Shown here in pieces: positions 18,179-26,252 of a DNA stretch of 64,000 nt. Where the stretch lies: the IMG/VR virus record IMGVR_UViG_3300025913_000002. The stretch is one strand, 5' to 3'. The notes beneath the pieces are model-generated. The model was not told the origin of the DNA. It saw only the letters and a program-made list of their open reading frames with translations, and did no database searches. Origin of the DNA: an uncultured virus (IMG/VR IMGVR_UViG_3300025913_000002). Taxonomy: Duplodnaviria > Heunggongvirae > Uroviricota > Caudoviricetes. Numbering within the stretch: position 1 is the stretch's first letter; every line of letters starts with the position of its first letter. The position numbers and the translations under genes are program-made.

Positions 18179-18780
18179 CAGACCTTCACCATCCATCCGC
18201 CGCCGTTGCCACGGCTCACATCACCGTCCGCATTCATGCCCGCGATTGTGGCCGACGGGAGTTGCTTGAGGTTCCAATCGGCATAGTCGGCCCCGCTGTG
18301 TCCCGGTGATTGGTCTATCCATGTGAACGAAACTAACCCTGCATCGTGCAGGAACTTGCAGACTGCGCCGGGTCCGTACACACCGACCTCGTACGTCGTC
18401 TTACCGATTTGACCGTGCCGCTGAAGGCTCTCTCGGACTGCCTGAAAATACTGGACTACTTTGGTCGGGTTGATGTCGAGATCGACCGCGTAGTAAATCG
18501 GTGAGTTGAACGGCTGTCCTAGATGTTGGCAAAAAGCGAATGAACCTGCTCCGTCCATTAGTCCCTGCGCCCGCGTGAAGTAGCTTTCCTGGTCGCCTAT
18601 CTCCCACACGGTGCAGATGTAGATACCCGCCTTCGAAAGTGCCCGCACTTCCTCCGGTGTCATGTTCTTCCACGCACTGTGGGAGGCGTACCTGCACACG
18701 AAGGAGATGCCTGCCGCCTTGATCGCTGGAATATGGGGCGTGCAATCTTGAGTTGTATCGAGGCCGCGTGATGTGCTCAT
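18178..18780 (-). CDS. endolysin, DUF1906/Rv2525c-like (GH25-like) glycoside hydrolase
   Basis: GISFVCRY, KNMTPEE, IYYAVD, VGVYG motifs. Confidence 0.85.
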   Translation of the reverse strand: MSTSRGLDTTQDCTPHIPAIKAAGISFVCRYASHSAWKNMTPEEVRALSKAGIYICTVWEIGDQESYFTRAQGLMDGAGSFAFCQHLGQPFNSPIYYAVDLDINPTKVVQYFQAVRESLQRHGQIGKTTYEVGVYGPGAVCKFLHDAGLVSFTWIDQSPGHSGADYADWNLKQLPSATIAGMNADGDVSRGNGGGWMVKV

Positions 18781-18983
18781 CTTATCGCACTCCAATCCTT
18801 GCCAGTCGTATCCACTCTCACCGGCCCCCGATTGTGCAGGATGTTCTCGCGCTTGCGCTCTTCTTCTGCGACGTTGTAGGGGATCGGTCCTATCTTTGGA
18901 AACCTGAACGGTGCGCGCAAGTGCAGAACGATGCGTCTTTCGCCGCGCCATTGATCTTGGCGGGTTGTGGTGTCGATGCTCAT
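18777..18983 (-). CDS. hypothetical protein
   Basis: ATGA overlaps at both ends. Confidence 0.5.
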   Translation of the reverse strand: MSIDTTTRQDQWRGERRIVLHLRAPFRFPKIGPIPYNVAEEERKRENILHNRGPVRVDTTGKDWSAIR

Positions 18984-19414
18984 GGCGATTCGGCTCCAGA
19001 CAAAGAAAAATCCGCCACCCGTTTGAGTAGCGGAACGTCGGGTACGTATTCGGTTTCGGCCTCGTGATAGCCGAACGGAGGTTCCTCGTTCAGCGGCGGA
19101 TCGTGCTCCCACGGCGTGCCGCGCAGGTCGTAAGCCATCGCCTCGTTTCGGCGGCGCGTGTTCGATCCGTAGCATTCGCATTTACCGACGATACGCCAGC
19201 ATTTCCCGCATTCGCGCCAACGCAAGCGATCGCAATTCCAATTGCGGCCCTCGTTCCTCATGAACGAACGAAGTATGTCCTGCCAGCGCGCCCCGCGATA
19301 ACGAGGGAACATGCTGCGCGCAACCTGGTCGTCGTTGAAATCATCCACGGCGCGGTTGTAGGCGGCCTTCGTGCGCTTCTCACGCTGCGGCCGCCGCCAG
19401 TCTCTTGTTCTCAT
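18980..19414 (-). CDS. hypothetical protein with CGKC...CEC
   Basis: AGGAGG RBS, partly inside a hairpin. Confidence 0.6.
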   Translation of the reverse strand: MRTRDWRRPQREKRTKAAYNRAVDDFNDDQVARSMFPRYRGARWQDILRSFMRNEGRNWNCDRLRWRECGKCWRIVGKCECYGSNTRRRNEAMAYDLRGTPWEHDPPLNEEPPFGYHEAETEYVPDVPLLKRVADFSLSGAESP

Positions 19415-19497
19415 TCGTCTCCTCCTGTAAGTGCTAAGACAGCCTTACAGGAAGGTAAATCGCGGGGGCATGTGTGTTCTCCGGGTCTGGGCATGGG

Positions 19498-19529
19498 AAA
19501 AGCCTCCGCTCGGTGGTGAACGGAGGCTT
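19498..19529 (-). terminator. intrinsic terminator after tRNA-like RNA 1
   Basis: AAGCCTCCG/CGGAGGCTT stem followed by a short T run. Confidence 0.6.
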
Positions 19530-19537
19530 GATGGAAA

Positions 19538-19692
19538 TGGTTTTGATCCTGCGGGCCGGGTCGTGTCCGGCTACAGTCGGCGGCTTTGCGGGCCACTTGC
19601 AAACGCCGCTTGGTTTATCTAGAATTGAAAGCGGTCGGACTGTCAGGCTTTGCTTGAACGTGGACAACCCACGTTGCCGCAGGGTCAAATCG
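19538..19692 (-). ncRNA. tRNA-like structured RNA 1 (non-canonical)
   Basis: Long closing stem, D-arm-like AACGTGG/CCACGTT, T-arm-like GCCGG-7nt-CCGGC, ends ACCA; homologous to 19913..20094. Confidence 0.65.
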
Positions 19693-19765
19693 CTAATCCC
19701 AGCTCTACGTTTAAGTTCGCACGGCGGAGCGGGTCACGCCTCGATCACACCGGGGGCGGTTGGCC

Positions 19766-19912
19766 TTAATGCGAGCTTCTCTTTACGGTTTTAATCAGGG
19801 AGTTCAATTCCTTCACTATGCCGCTTACGCAATAGCAGATATACCACCAGAGCAATTGCGTTTGCAGAACTACGAGTAGTGTAAGTACAAGCCATATTAA
19901 CACTTGCCGCAT
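19766..19912 (-). CDS. 48-aa single-TM membrane peptide
   Basis: MRQVLIWLVLTLLVVLQTQLLWWYICYCV...; ATG directly after the CCA of RNA 2. Confidence 0.55.
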   Translation of the reverse strand: MRQVLIWLVLTLLVVLQTQLLWWYICYCVSGIVKELNSLIKTVKRSSH

Positions 19913-20094
19913 TGGTTTTGATCCTGCGGGCCGGTCGCTACTCCGGCTTCCCTGTTGCACATCGGTGGCACGTCGGCCTTTTGCCCTGAACCGTCGCTCA
20001 GAACTCAGCCGCGCGTGTGTCTACTAACCCCGTAAGGTCGGGCGCCTCGTACTGGCAGCGTGTCTGCTTTCCACGCTGCCGCAGACCAAATCGG
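19913..20094 (-). ncRNA. tRNA-like structured RNA 2 (non-canonical)
   Basis: CTGCGG/CCGCAG stem, GCGTG-GAAAGCAGA-CACGC arm, GCCGG-AGTAGCGA-CCGGC arm, ends ACCA; -10 box just upstream. Confidence 0.65.
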
Positions 20095-20118
20095 TAAATT
20101 GAACGAGTGTCTGTGACT

Positions 20119-20127
20119 ATTATACCC
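20119..20127 (-). promoter_or_regulatory. GGGTATAAT -10 element driving the tRNA-like cassette
   Basis: Perfect TATAAT about 25 nt upstream of RNA 2. Confidence 0.55.
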
Positions 20128-20132
20128 TGCCA

Positions 20133-20519
20133 CTAAACTTCTTCTATGCTCAACGTCACCCAGTCGATAGCGTTTATGGCTTTCTTCAATCCTTCTGAAC
20201 GGGGCGTGTCTCCGTAGACATCGTTCAGAATTATCTTGAGATTCCAGTTGTAGCCTTCAGCAACAATGTGTTTGCTGAATACAGTTGAGTGTGCCCGTTT
20301 ACTATCAATCTCAGATACCATGATTCGGCGCGCAAGGTGTTCGACTACCGTATCATCCTCGTGAGTGAACCACACGCTAGGCCAATCTACGCCATGCCCC
20401 GAGCACGAAGAATTGGTCACAAATCCAATCGCGTTCATGGCATCACAAAGAGGTACAATCTCTTCATCCAACTTTTCGGGATAGTCGGGATCATATCTGA
20501 CTGTATGCCAATCAGCCAT
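20133..20519 (-). CDS. TYW3-like-motif phage protein
   Basis: LDEEIVPLCDAMN...TNSSCSGH resembles the TYW3 N-terminal D..I..L...N...TTSSCSGR motif; lower GC. Confidence 0.55.
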   Translation of the reverse strand: MADWHTVRYDPDYPEKLDEEIVPLCDAMNAIGFVTNSSCSGHGVDWPSVWFTHEDDTVVEHLARRIMVSEIDSKRAHSTVFSKHIVAEGYNWNLKIILNDVYGDTPRSEGLKKAINAIDWVTLSIEEV

Positions 20520-20793
20520 TTCCACCGCCCCCACTGCCCGCCGTCTCCACCGGCTCGGCAGGTTTCTCTATCATATCAGGCCCGACCGGAACCGGAACAT
20601 CGCTCTGATGAATAGGACTGGGCGTGATGTACAGACCACTCGCAATCAGCCCAACCAGGATCGCATCGATCGTCACGCGCCATTCTTCGGGCAGTTGGTG
20701 CGTGTTGGCGGAGTAGTAGCCGACCCCGGCACAGATAGCCGTGCCTATCATCTTCGCGACCCGGTAGAACGTGCGCCATTGATCTTGTGTCAC
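20512..20793 (-). CDS. putative holin (2 TM)
   Basis: Two hydrophobic segments, near the endolysin. Confidence 0.55.
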   Translation of the reverse strand: MTQDQWRTFYRVAKMIGTAICAGVGYYSANTHQLPEEWRVTIDAILVGLIASGLYITPSPIHQSDVPVPVGPDMIEKPAEPVETAGSGGGGNG

Positions 20794-21011
20794 GGCTGCG
20801 CATCTCCTGGTTGTGGCGGAGTAGGAGGGTCCGGTATCACCGGCTGCATCGTGTGGTAGATTGCGGGCGGGTTGGTCGTCAAGATCGGCGGCAGGTCAAC
20901 GTCCACCATCGGCGCGAAGTGAAGCGCGATCTCCGCAATTTCCTCGGCGGTTGCTTCGATGCGCTTGCCGGTCTTGAGTGTCCAGATTTCGCGGGTGCTT
21001 TGGACTTTCAT
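20790..21011 (-). CDS. hypothetical Pro-rich protein
   Basis: GAGGAG RBS. Confidence 0.5.
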   Translation of the reverse strand: MKVQSTREIWTLKTGKRIEATAEEIAEIALHFAPMVDVDLPPILTTNPPAIYHTMQPVIPDPPTPPQPGDAQP

Positions 21012-21030
21012 GGAGTGCTATAATCTCCTC

Positions 21031-21222
21031 ATGGAACCTAATCTTGACGGCTGGCTAATCAGCGACGCTATCGCCCACCTGCTGAAACTCGCAGCCCCGC
21101 CTCTAAAAGCCCCGGAACCGCACGTAGAAGCCACGCACAGCGTCAATACGGACGAGGGTGGGCATTGGGGCTTCTGTGACGTGTGCGAGCATACGTGGCA
21201 GTTCTGTGAGTGTGACGACTGA
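21031..21222 (+). CDS. antisense-oriented leaderless moron ORF with C-terminal CDVC...CEC
   Basis: TGCTATAAT extended -10 six nt before ATG. Confidence 0.55.
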   Translation: MEPNLDGWLISDAIAHLLKLAAPPLKAPEPHVEATHSVNTDEGGHWGFCDVCEHTWQFCECDD

Positions 21223-21229
21223 CCGCCAA

Positions 21230-21329
21230 ACAGCAAACAGCCCGCATCTAAAAATAGTGCGGGCTGTCGCCAGGAAGTAACTTGAAACAAAACAACGGTC
21301 TGAGGGCCGAAGTTGCGTACAGTATACCC
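21230..21329 (-). ncRNA. candidate ~80-nt sRNA (promoter plus terminator)
   Basis: GGGTATACT at 21329-21321; 10-bp stem 21237-21246/21258-21267 with T-rich tail. Confidence 0.4.
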
Positions 21330-21334
21330 GACGA

Positions 21335-21739
21335 CTAGGGAAAAGCTCTGCCGTCTAGCCGCACATCCTGCCTCACCCCGTTCAAATCATAGATCAACTC
21401 GATCGAGAACTTCACCGAAAAGAGTTGAATAATCGGCCTCACCGCAATCCGCGCATTCGCCTCGGAAACGCCGTCGAGCGTGATCGTCGCGTGCCCCTTC
21501 GCGTCAATCGTCGCCTTGATCGTATCGACCTTCGAAGGGTCTACGAGGTCGGCGTACGTCCACGAGGCAGTCGCGACCTGATGAACAACATCGAAGCCCA
21601 CGCTGTGCGCCGTGACCTTCGCCTTCTGGACGCCCTGGAAAGAAACGTGATCCCACCGATCAGGCGGCAGGGCTTTGAACGCGCCGACCGGCAGGTTCCC
21701 GGCAAGCCCCTTGATTTCGTTGAATAGGTCTATGCTCAT
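21335..21739 (-). CDS. hypothetical protein
   Basis: GAGGAG RBS; phage-like codon usage. Confidence 0.65.
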   Translation of the reverse strand: MSIDLFNEIKGLAGNLPVGAFKALPPDRWDHVSFQGVQKAKVTAHSVGFDVVHQVATASWTYADLVDPSKVDTIKATIDAKGHATITLDGVSEANARIAVRPIIQLFSVKFSIELIYDLNGVRQDVRLDGRAFP

Positions 21740-21749
21740 TGTTTTCTCC

Positions 21750-21938
21750 TCAGTACCTCGGATACCAGAACCCCGGCGCGATGTGCAGGAACACCTGCAA
21801 CAGCCAGATCAAGCACAGGACCGCAAGCACGACCTGCACGACCTGCTTCACCTTCGCGTCGAGCGGTAGTTGCCCCAATATGTAAAAGAACAGCCATATC
21901 ACCAGTGCTGTTATAAGTAAACTGATTATCAAACTCAT
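21750..21938 (-). CDS. small 2-TM membrane protein (Thivi_2564-like)
   Basis: LIISLLITALVIWL...LP...K..VQVVLAVLCLIWLLQVF. Confidence 0.65.
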   Translation of the reverse strand: MSLIISLLITALVIWLFFYILGQLPLDAKVKQVVQVVLAVLCLIWLLQVFLHIAPGFWYPRY

Positions 21939-22339
21939 TTCTTGCCTCCGTCTACCTCGTGTACCAAGATCGGGTTCTCTGGCGTTTGGATCAGCTCAAC
22001 CTGCTGGATCACCGGCAACGCCGCCGCGAGTTCCGCGACGGCCGCAATCTTCTCGTTAAAGCCGTTCGCTTTTTCAAGCGCCTCGACGTTGACCTGCGTG
22101 TTCGCACGCAACTCACGCTTTACATCCTCGATTTCCCGCTTCAATAGCGCCGCGTGCTCTTCCACGAGCTTTTGGGACAGTTCAAGGTTGCTTGCGATCT
22201 CGGACTGCCTTTTCTCCTCCCGCGCTTCCATGCGTCGCTTCTGGAGCCACGAGAAGATGCTGTTAATCAAAATAAGAACGGCCAGCAGAAGCTGGCCGTA
22301 GATTTGCGGGAGATGCAGCGCCCAGTGCGGGAGTGTCAC
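21935..22339 (-). CDS. membrane protein, N-terminal TM plus coiled coil (holin/spanin-like)
   Basis: One TM then heptad region, in the lysis region. Confidence 0.6.
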   Translation of the reverse strand: MTLPHWALHLPQIYGQLLLAVLILINSIFSWLQKRRMEAREEKRQSEIASNLELSQKLVEEHAALLKREIEDVKRELRANTQVNVEALEKANGFNEKIAAVAELAAALPVIQQVELIQTPENPILVHEVDGGKK

Positions 22340-22351
22340 AGTTTCAGTCCT

Positions 22352-22591
22352 CTAGTGATGGAGTAGTTGCCGGATACTGTCGAGCAGCCAATACGCTGCA
22401 AGCGCGCACATCGCGATACGCGAGATGTCTTTCACGAGACCGAATAGGCAGATGTGTTCGACCACCTGCTTAAGAACAAACGCTTTCATCGTTCTTGCCT
22501 TGCCGAAAAGTGCGACAGGCAGGGCCGCAGGTATCTCCATCACGACAATGCGGGGCCGCGACGGAGAGCATCTATTGTCAAGCGTCGTCAC
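22352..22591 (-). CDS. moron-like small hydrophobic protein with its own promoter
   Basis: GAAAGGT RBS, GTG start; TTGCAA-16-TATAAC upstream (22687-22660). Confidence 0.45.
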   Translation of the reverse strand: MTTLDNRCSPSRPRIVVMEIPAALPVALFGKARTMKAFVLKQVVEHICLFGLVKDISRIAMCALAAYWLLDSIRQLLHH

Positions 22592-22727
22592 AGAGTTTCC
22601 ACCTTTCAAGGTTTTTCTTTGTTGTTAGCGGATAATGACGCGCCAGATATGTAACTTAGGTTATACCACTCTTTGCGATGATTGCAAGATTAAATTTTAG
22701 AGCGTGACCCGAACCGCACACGTAATC

Positions 22728-22872
22728 GGGTATAATAGATACTGTTGTACGGCATTGCGAAGCGGCGCGTGCTACGGTCCAGCCTGGTCTTCTATTGCAA
22801 AGCCGAGTTTCGTCCTCCGATGTTAAGTCATGTAGTGCAAGGAAAGCCCGTCTAATCTTTCAGACGGGCTTT
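22728..22872 (+). ncRNA. candidate ~130-nt sRNA
   Basis: GGGTATAAT at 22728-22736; ends at the 11-bp hairpin 22843-22872. Confidence 0.4.
22843..22872. terminator. bidirectional intrinsic terminator
   Basis: AAAGCCCGTCT/AGACGGGCTTT. Confidence 0.7.
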
Positions 22873-23215
22873 ATAACGTGACCCTGATCCCGAGCGCGCC
22901 AACCTGCCTGTCGTCCCCGTCGCTCGGTGTCGCCGTAAACTTCATCACATACAGGTCGCTCACAAGGCCCACCGTGGACGGATCGAAATCCTCGAACCCG
23001 ACCGTCCAGACGGTATCCGTCCCGCTCCCGCCGCTCGAATTCAGGAACGTACCAGGGGCGTCGTCGATCGGATCGCTCCCGGCGAGCGTCGTCTCATCGG
23101 CCTTATAGAGCGAGCACGAGACGGCGCTGACGATCGTGGTGCTCTTGAACGTGACGATAATCGCGAGGTTGGTCACGCTCGTCAGTCGGCGCTCACAGTA
23201 GGCATCGCAAGGCAT
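22871..23215 (-). CDS. small Ig-like virion/tail-associated protein
   Basis: Beta-rich, Y.MKFTAT.SDG motif; end of tail module. Confidence 0.65.
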   Translation of the reverse strand: MPCDAYCERRLTSVTNLAIIVTFKSTTIVSAVSCSLYKADETTLAGSDPIDDAPGTFLNSSGGSGTDTVWTVGFEDFDPSTVGLVSDLYVMKFTATPSDGDDRQVGALGIRVTL

Positions 23216-23227
23216 GGGCTGTTCCTT

Positions 23228-23413
23228 CTAGTCTGCCGAACCGAATGTCGCGTTGTTGGGTGCGCTGCTAAACGTAGCGTCGTCGGTTGCGCCGCTGAAT
23301 TTGGCGGGGTTGTAGGGTGGTGTGACAGCGGGCGCACCCGGAGTGAACCCGCGCAGGACGAGTTTAGGCGTGCTGCCGAACCCGCGTAGGATGATCGTGC
23401 TCTGAAGCGCCAT
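23228..23413 (-). CDS. small tail-associated protein
   Basis: IILRGFG...LVLRGF repeat; TAATG overlap. Confidence 0.6.
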   Translation of the reverse strand: MALQSTIILRGFGSTPKLVLRGFTPGAPAVTPPYNPAKFSGATDDATFSSAPNNATFGSAD

Positions 23414-24510
23414 TACGTCGCTCTCGTGATGCTCGTGGGGGTCGTAGCATCATTGGTATTGAGCGTGAAGGCGGTCGTTGTGCCGTCGAGCTTCTTGACA
23501 GTAACGACCGTCCCAGCCGCGCTCATTTCTGTAAGCATCTGCATGAGTACGAAGAGGGATTGAACCGGTGTCGGTGCCGCGCCGTCTGCGTTGTAACTCT
23601 CGGCCATCGCGACCGTGCCTTTTGCGAAGTCGTAGGCATTCGTGAGTGTCATTGCGGACCCGACAGCGGCGGGTGAGGAAGGTAGGTTGTCGGTTTTCGC
23701 TTTAATCGCTGCGATCTCGGTATCCACGAGTGGGTAAACGTCGCCAGTCTGTGGAGTGTTGCCGGTGAGCGTTGTCACGGTATCGACCAACACCAGGTGA
23801 TCCATCGTCGCAGCAGGAGTAGCGATGTTGAAGAACTTTTTGAACGCCGCCGCGATCTGGCCCGCCGTCTCAGTCAGCGCGGTGCCAAGAATCTGCGCGA
23901 GATTGGCTTTCACCACGCCGTTGGTGAAGTCGAGCTGCCCGGTTCCCGTCCCCGTACTCAGAAGCACGCTCGCGCCAATATCGCGCCCGGTCTGCGCCGT
24001 TCCGCCGATGTTGACCGCGTTGACCCCGATCTGCGCCGAGGAGGCTGAGACAGCCGCCCCCGCCACGCCCACCATATCGGTCTTGACGAGCGCCGAGCCT
24101 GCCGTGCCGGTGAAGTTGGTTGGCTGGGTGGTGCCAACGTTGGCGTTGACCGTGGTCGCTGTCGAAGCCGCGAGCAGTCCGCCATTGGTATTTGTGGCAT
24201 TCGTGACGATCGCATCGTAGACCGTCGCCGGAACCACCTGCCGCTCGATCATCGGCATCTGATAAGTTGACTTGTTGCAGGTAATCTGGAAAGCACCGAG
24301 GGTGTCGGTGTTGCCGGTCGTGAGCACGAGAATATATTGACCGTTCGCGATGACTGTCAGAGAAGCAGCAGAAGCAAGTGCAGTGAGCGTCCCGCCGTTC
24401 TTCGAGATCGACAGGTCGCCGATGACGGCGCTCGCGTACTCTGCGCCCGTGCTGTCGAGGATGGGGCCGACGACAAGCGTTAGGGCTGTTGATTGTTTGG
24501 CGAGCAACAT
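23413..24510 (-). CDS. tail fibre-like / minor structural protein
   Basis: Thr/Ala/Gly-rich; IAAIKAKTDNLP..PAAVGSAMTL motif; TGATG overlap. Confidence 0.75.
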   Translation of the reverse strand: MLLAKQSTALTLVVGPILDSTGAEYASAVIGDLSISKNGGTLTALASAASLTVIANGQYILVLTTGNTDTLGAFQITCNKSTYQMPMIERQVVPATVYDAIVTNATNTNGGLLAASTATTVNANVGTTQPTNFTGTAGSALVKTDMVGVAGAAVSASSAQIGVNAVNIGGTAQTGRDIGASVLLSTGTGTGQLDFTNGVVKANLAQILGTALTETAGQIAAAFKKFFNIATPAATMDHLVLVDTVTTLTGNTPQTGDVYPLVDTEIAAIKAKTDNLPSSPAAVGSAMTLTNAYDFAKGTVAMAESYNADGAAPTPVQSLFVLMQMLTEMSAAGTVVTVKKLDGTTTAFTLNTNDATTPTSITRAT

Positions 24511-25352
24511 CAGGCGATACTCCCTGCACAGAGGATGCGGCGGCGGCGGTTGCCGGTTGCGATGACGACTGGTATCGACCAAAACCGCCCCGTCTCCAGC
24601 CAGTTCCAGCGGTTGGGGTTGCCAGCCTTGGTTTCTTGGTAGAGAGCTTTACACTCCGCGTCTACAAGTCCTCGGTTGTAAATCGAAACACGACTCACCC
24701 ATGATCCATTGGCAAGAGGAAAGGTGCCTGTTGACCGCTTGCCAATCGTTGTTGCTAAGCTCCTGCTCGTAAAAGTTAAAGTCGGTGACGATCCGGCTTT
24801 ATTCACGCCGTTCAAAAATGTCTTGCCAAGATTATTCACCGCGCCTGAAACCGACACGATTAAATTGTATGGCGTGTTTGTCGCAATAGAGCCCGCAGTA
24901 GTAAACGAGTTAGCTCCGTAGCATCCCGCCATAAGCCGCGTGGTGCCATCAACAAAAACCTCAAATGAATTACCGTCGCTGGTGTACGAGGACAATAGGC
25001 CCTGGAAGGCAGACGTGCTAGTAACCAGAAAGTCAACGACGACTGTAAAATCGCTACTCGGCCAAATTCCCGCGGGTAACGAAATCTTGCTTGATCCGTC
25101 GAACTGGACGCGGCCATAGCTTCCAGGTGCTGCGCCACCGCGCCACCCAGACGGTGTGATCGCAGTGTCCAACGTGCCATCATGTGCATTCCTGCCCCCA
25201 CGCACCAGGTCGCGGAAAGTCTGGCCGCCGCGCCACCCTGAGTTTGGCGGGATTGCCCACTCACTAGTTAGGCCAATGTTCAGCGGGTGCGACCAGTCAA
25301 TCGGGCACGCAGGGTCCACTATCGCAGAAGTGCCGGGAATAATCCTCGCCAT
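24510..25352 (-). CDS. LamG / concanavalin-A-like domain protein
   Basis: DL..G...GTL, FDG, VSIYNRGL..E...LY. Confidence 0.75.
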   Translation of the reverse strand: MARIIPGTSAIVDPACPIDWSHPLNIGLTSEWAIPPNSGWRGGQTFRDLVRGGRNAHDGTLDTAITPSGWRGGAAPGSYGRVQFDGSSKISLPAGIWPSSDFTVVVDFLVTSTSAFQGLLSSYTSDGNSFEVFVDGTTRLMAGCYGANSFTTAGSIATNTPYNLIVSVSGAVNNLGKTFLNGVNKAGSSPTLTFTSRSLATTIGKRSTGTFPLANGSWVSRVSIYNRGLVDAECKALYQETKAGNPNRWNWLETGRFWSIPVVIATGNRRRRILCAGSIA

Positions 25353-25364
25353 CTAAGGCACTCC

Positions 25365-25883
25365 TTACGCGATTGGCGTCCTTCGATACCAGGGCCTTAT
25401 CGTGATGATTGTCTCGCCGTCTACGTTGCTCGTGGTTTGCCCTGACGAGTTTTGGAAAACGGGGATGACGTACTCGGCTTTCGGCTTGACCTCGAACCGC
25501 TGCCTCTGCACGCCCGTTCCAAGCGCGTTACTCAGAATAATGCTTCCGACTAATACCAACTGCGGCAACTGATCGGCATTACCTACCGCTGCGTCCGCGC
25601 CCGTCAAGCCGCCTGGGTTTTCACTGCCGGCGGTCGCGTTCTTGGAAAATCCGAGATAGATAGGACACTCATTTCCAGCAGTCGGCGCTGACTGAACTTT
25701 GGTCTCAGCGATGATCTCCAGCACTTCGGGAAACCCCTTCGTGCCATCAACCAGCGTTGTTGACTTGCCTCCCTCGCGAATTCCCGCCGTCGCAAGTGCC
25801 TTCATGTTCATCAGGTTAGTGCCGCCTGTGTTCATCCAGGTAATCGCAGTTCCCGGCGTCAGGTCGGAATAGTTCACAGCCAT
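25365..25883 (-). CDS. virion-associated jelly-roll-like protein
   Basis: In the tail-tip cluster; beta-rich. Confidence 0.65.
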   Translation of the reverse strand: MAVNYSDLTPGTAITWMNTGGTNLMNMKALATAGIREGGKSTTLVDGTKGFPEVLEIIAETKVQSAPTAGNECPIYLGFSKNATAGSENPGGLTGADAAVGNADQLPQLVLVGSIILSNALGTGVQRQRFEVKPKAEYVIPVFQNSSGQTTSNVDGETIITIRPWYRRTPIA

Positions 25884-25888
25884 CTAAA

Positions 25889-26200
25889 CTAGCCTCCTGC
25901 CGAGAACGCGAACACGTTGACAGCGCTGTTCACTGCGGCCTGAATTGATGCATCAGAAACACCCTGCAACTGCGCCAGTGTCAGGGTAGAGTTCGCCGCA
26001 AGCACTGCCGGGAGCATTCGAGAGGCTTCAGCAGCAGGATTGGCAAAGGTTGCCTTAGCCCAATTGAGCCGAGCGGCGTGATTTGCCGTATTCGTCGCTT
26101 CGACATATATCGCTTGGGCTGCAATGACGCAAGCCGCCTGCACTTTTGGCAGGAGACCCGCGTCGGCAAAAAGCCCCTGAAGTTCTGAAAGTGTCGCCAC
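25889..26200 (-). CDS. conserved small tail-associated protein
   Basis: GGAGG RBS; E...TANHAARL.WA...SDA.IQ.AV motif. Confidence 0.7.
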   Translation of the reverse strand: MATLSELQGLFADAGLLPKVQAACVIAAQAIYVEATNTANHAARLNWAKATFANPAAEASRMLPAVLAANSTLTLAQLQGVSDASIQAAVNSAVNVFAFSAGG

Positions 26201-26225
26201 TGCTTACCTCCCGTGATGATCCGAA

Positions 26226-26252
26226 CAAAAAAAGACCGGGTATAATCCGGCC
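26226..26252. terminator. minus-strand intrinsic terminator overlapping a plus-strand -10 box
   Basis: GGCCGG/CCGGTC stem plus T7 on the minus strand; GGGTATAAT on the plus strand 6 nt before ATG 26253. Confidence 0.65.

Noticed and set aside
19538..20094. Canonical tRNA, amber suppressor (TTCTAGA in RNA 1) or tmRNA
   Set aside because: No 7-nt anticodon arm, T-loops lack TTCRA, and no tag reading frame; kept only as tRNA-like
21265..21290. CRISPR repeat-like GTCGCC...TTGAAAC (also ATTGAAAG near 19625)
   Set aside because: Single short copies with no internal palindrome, spacers or cas genes
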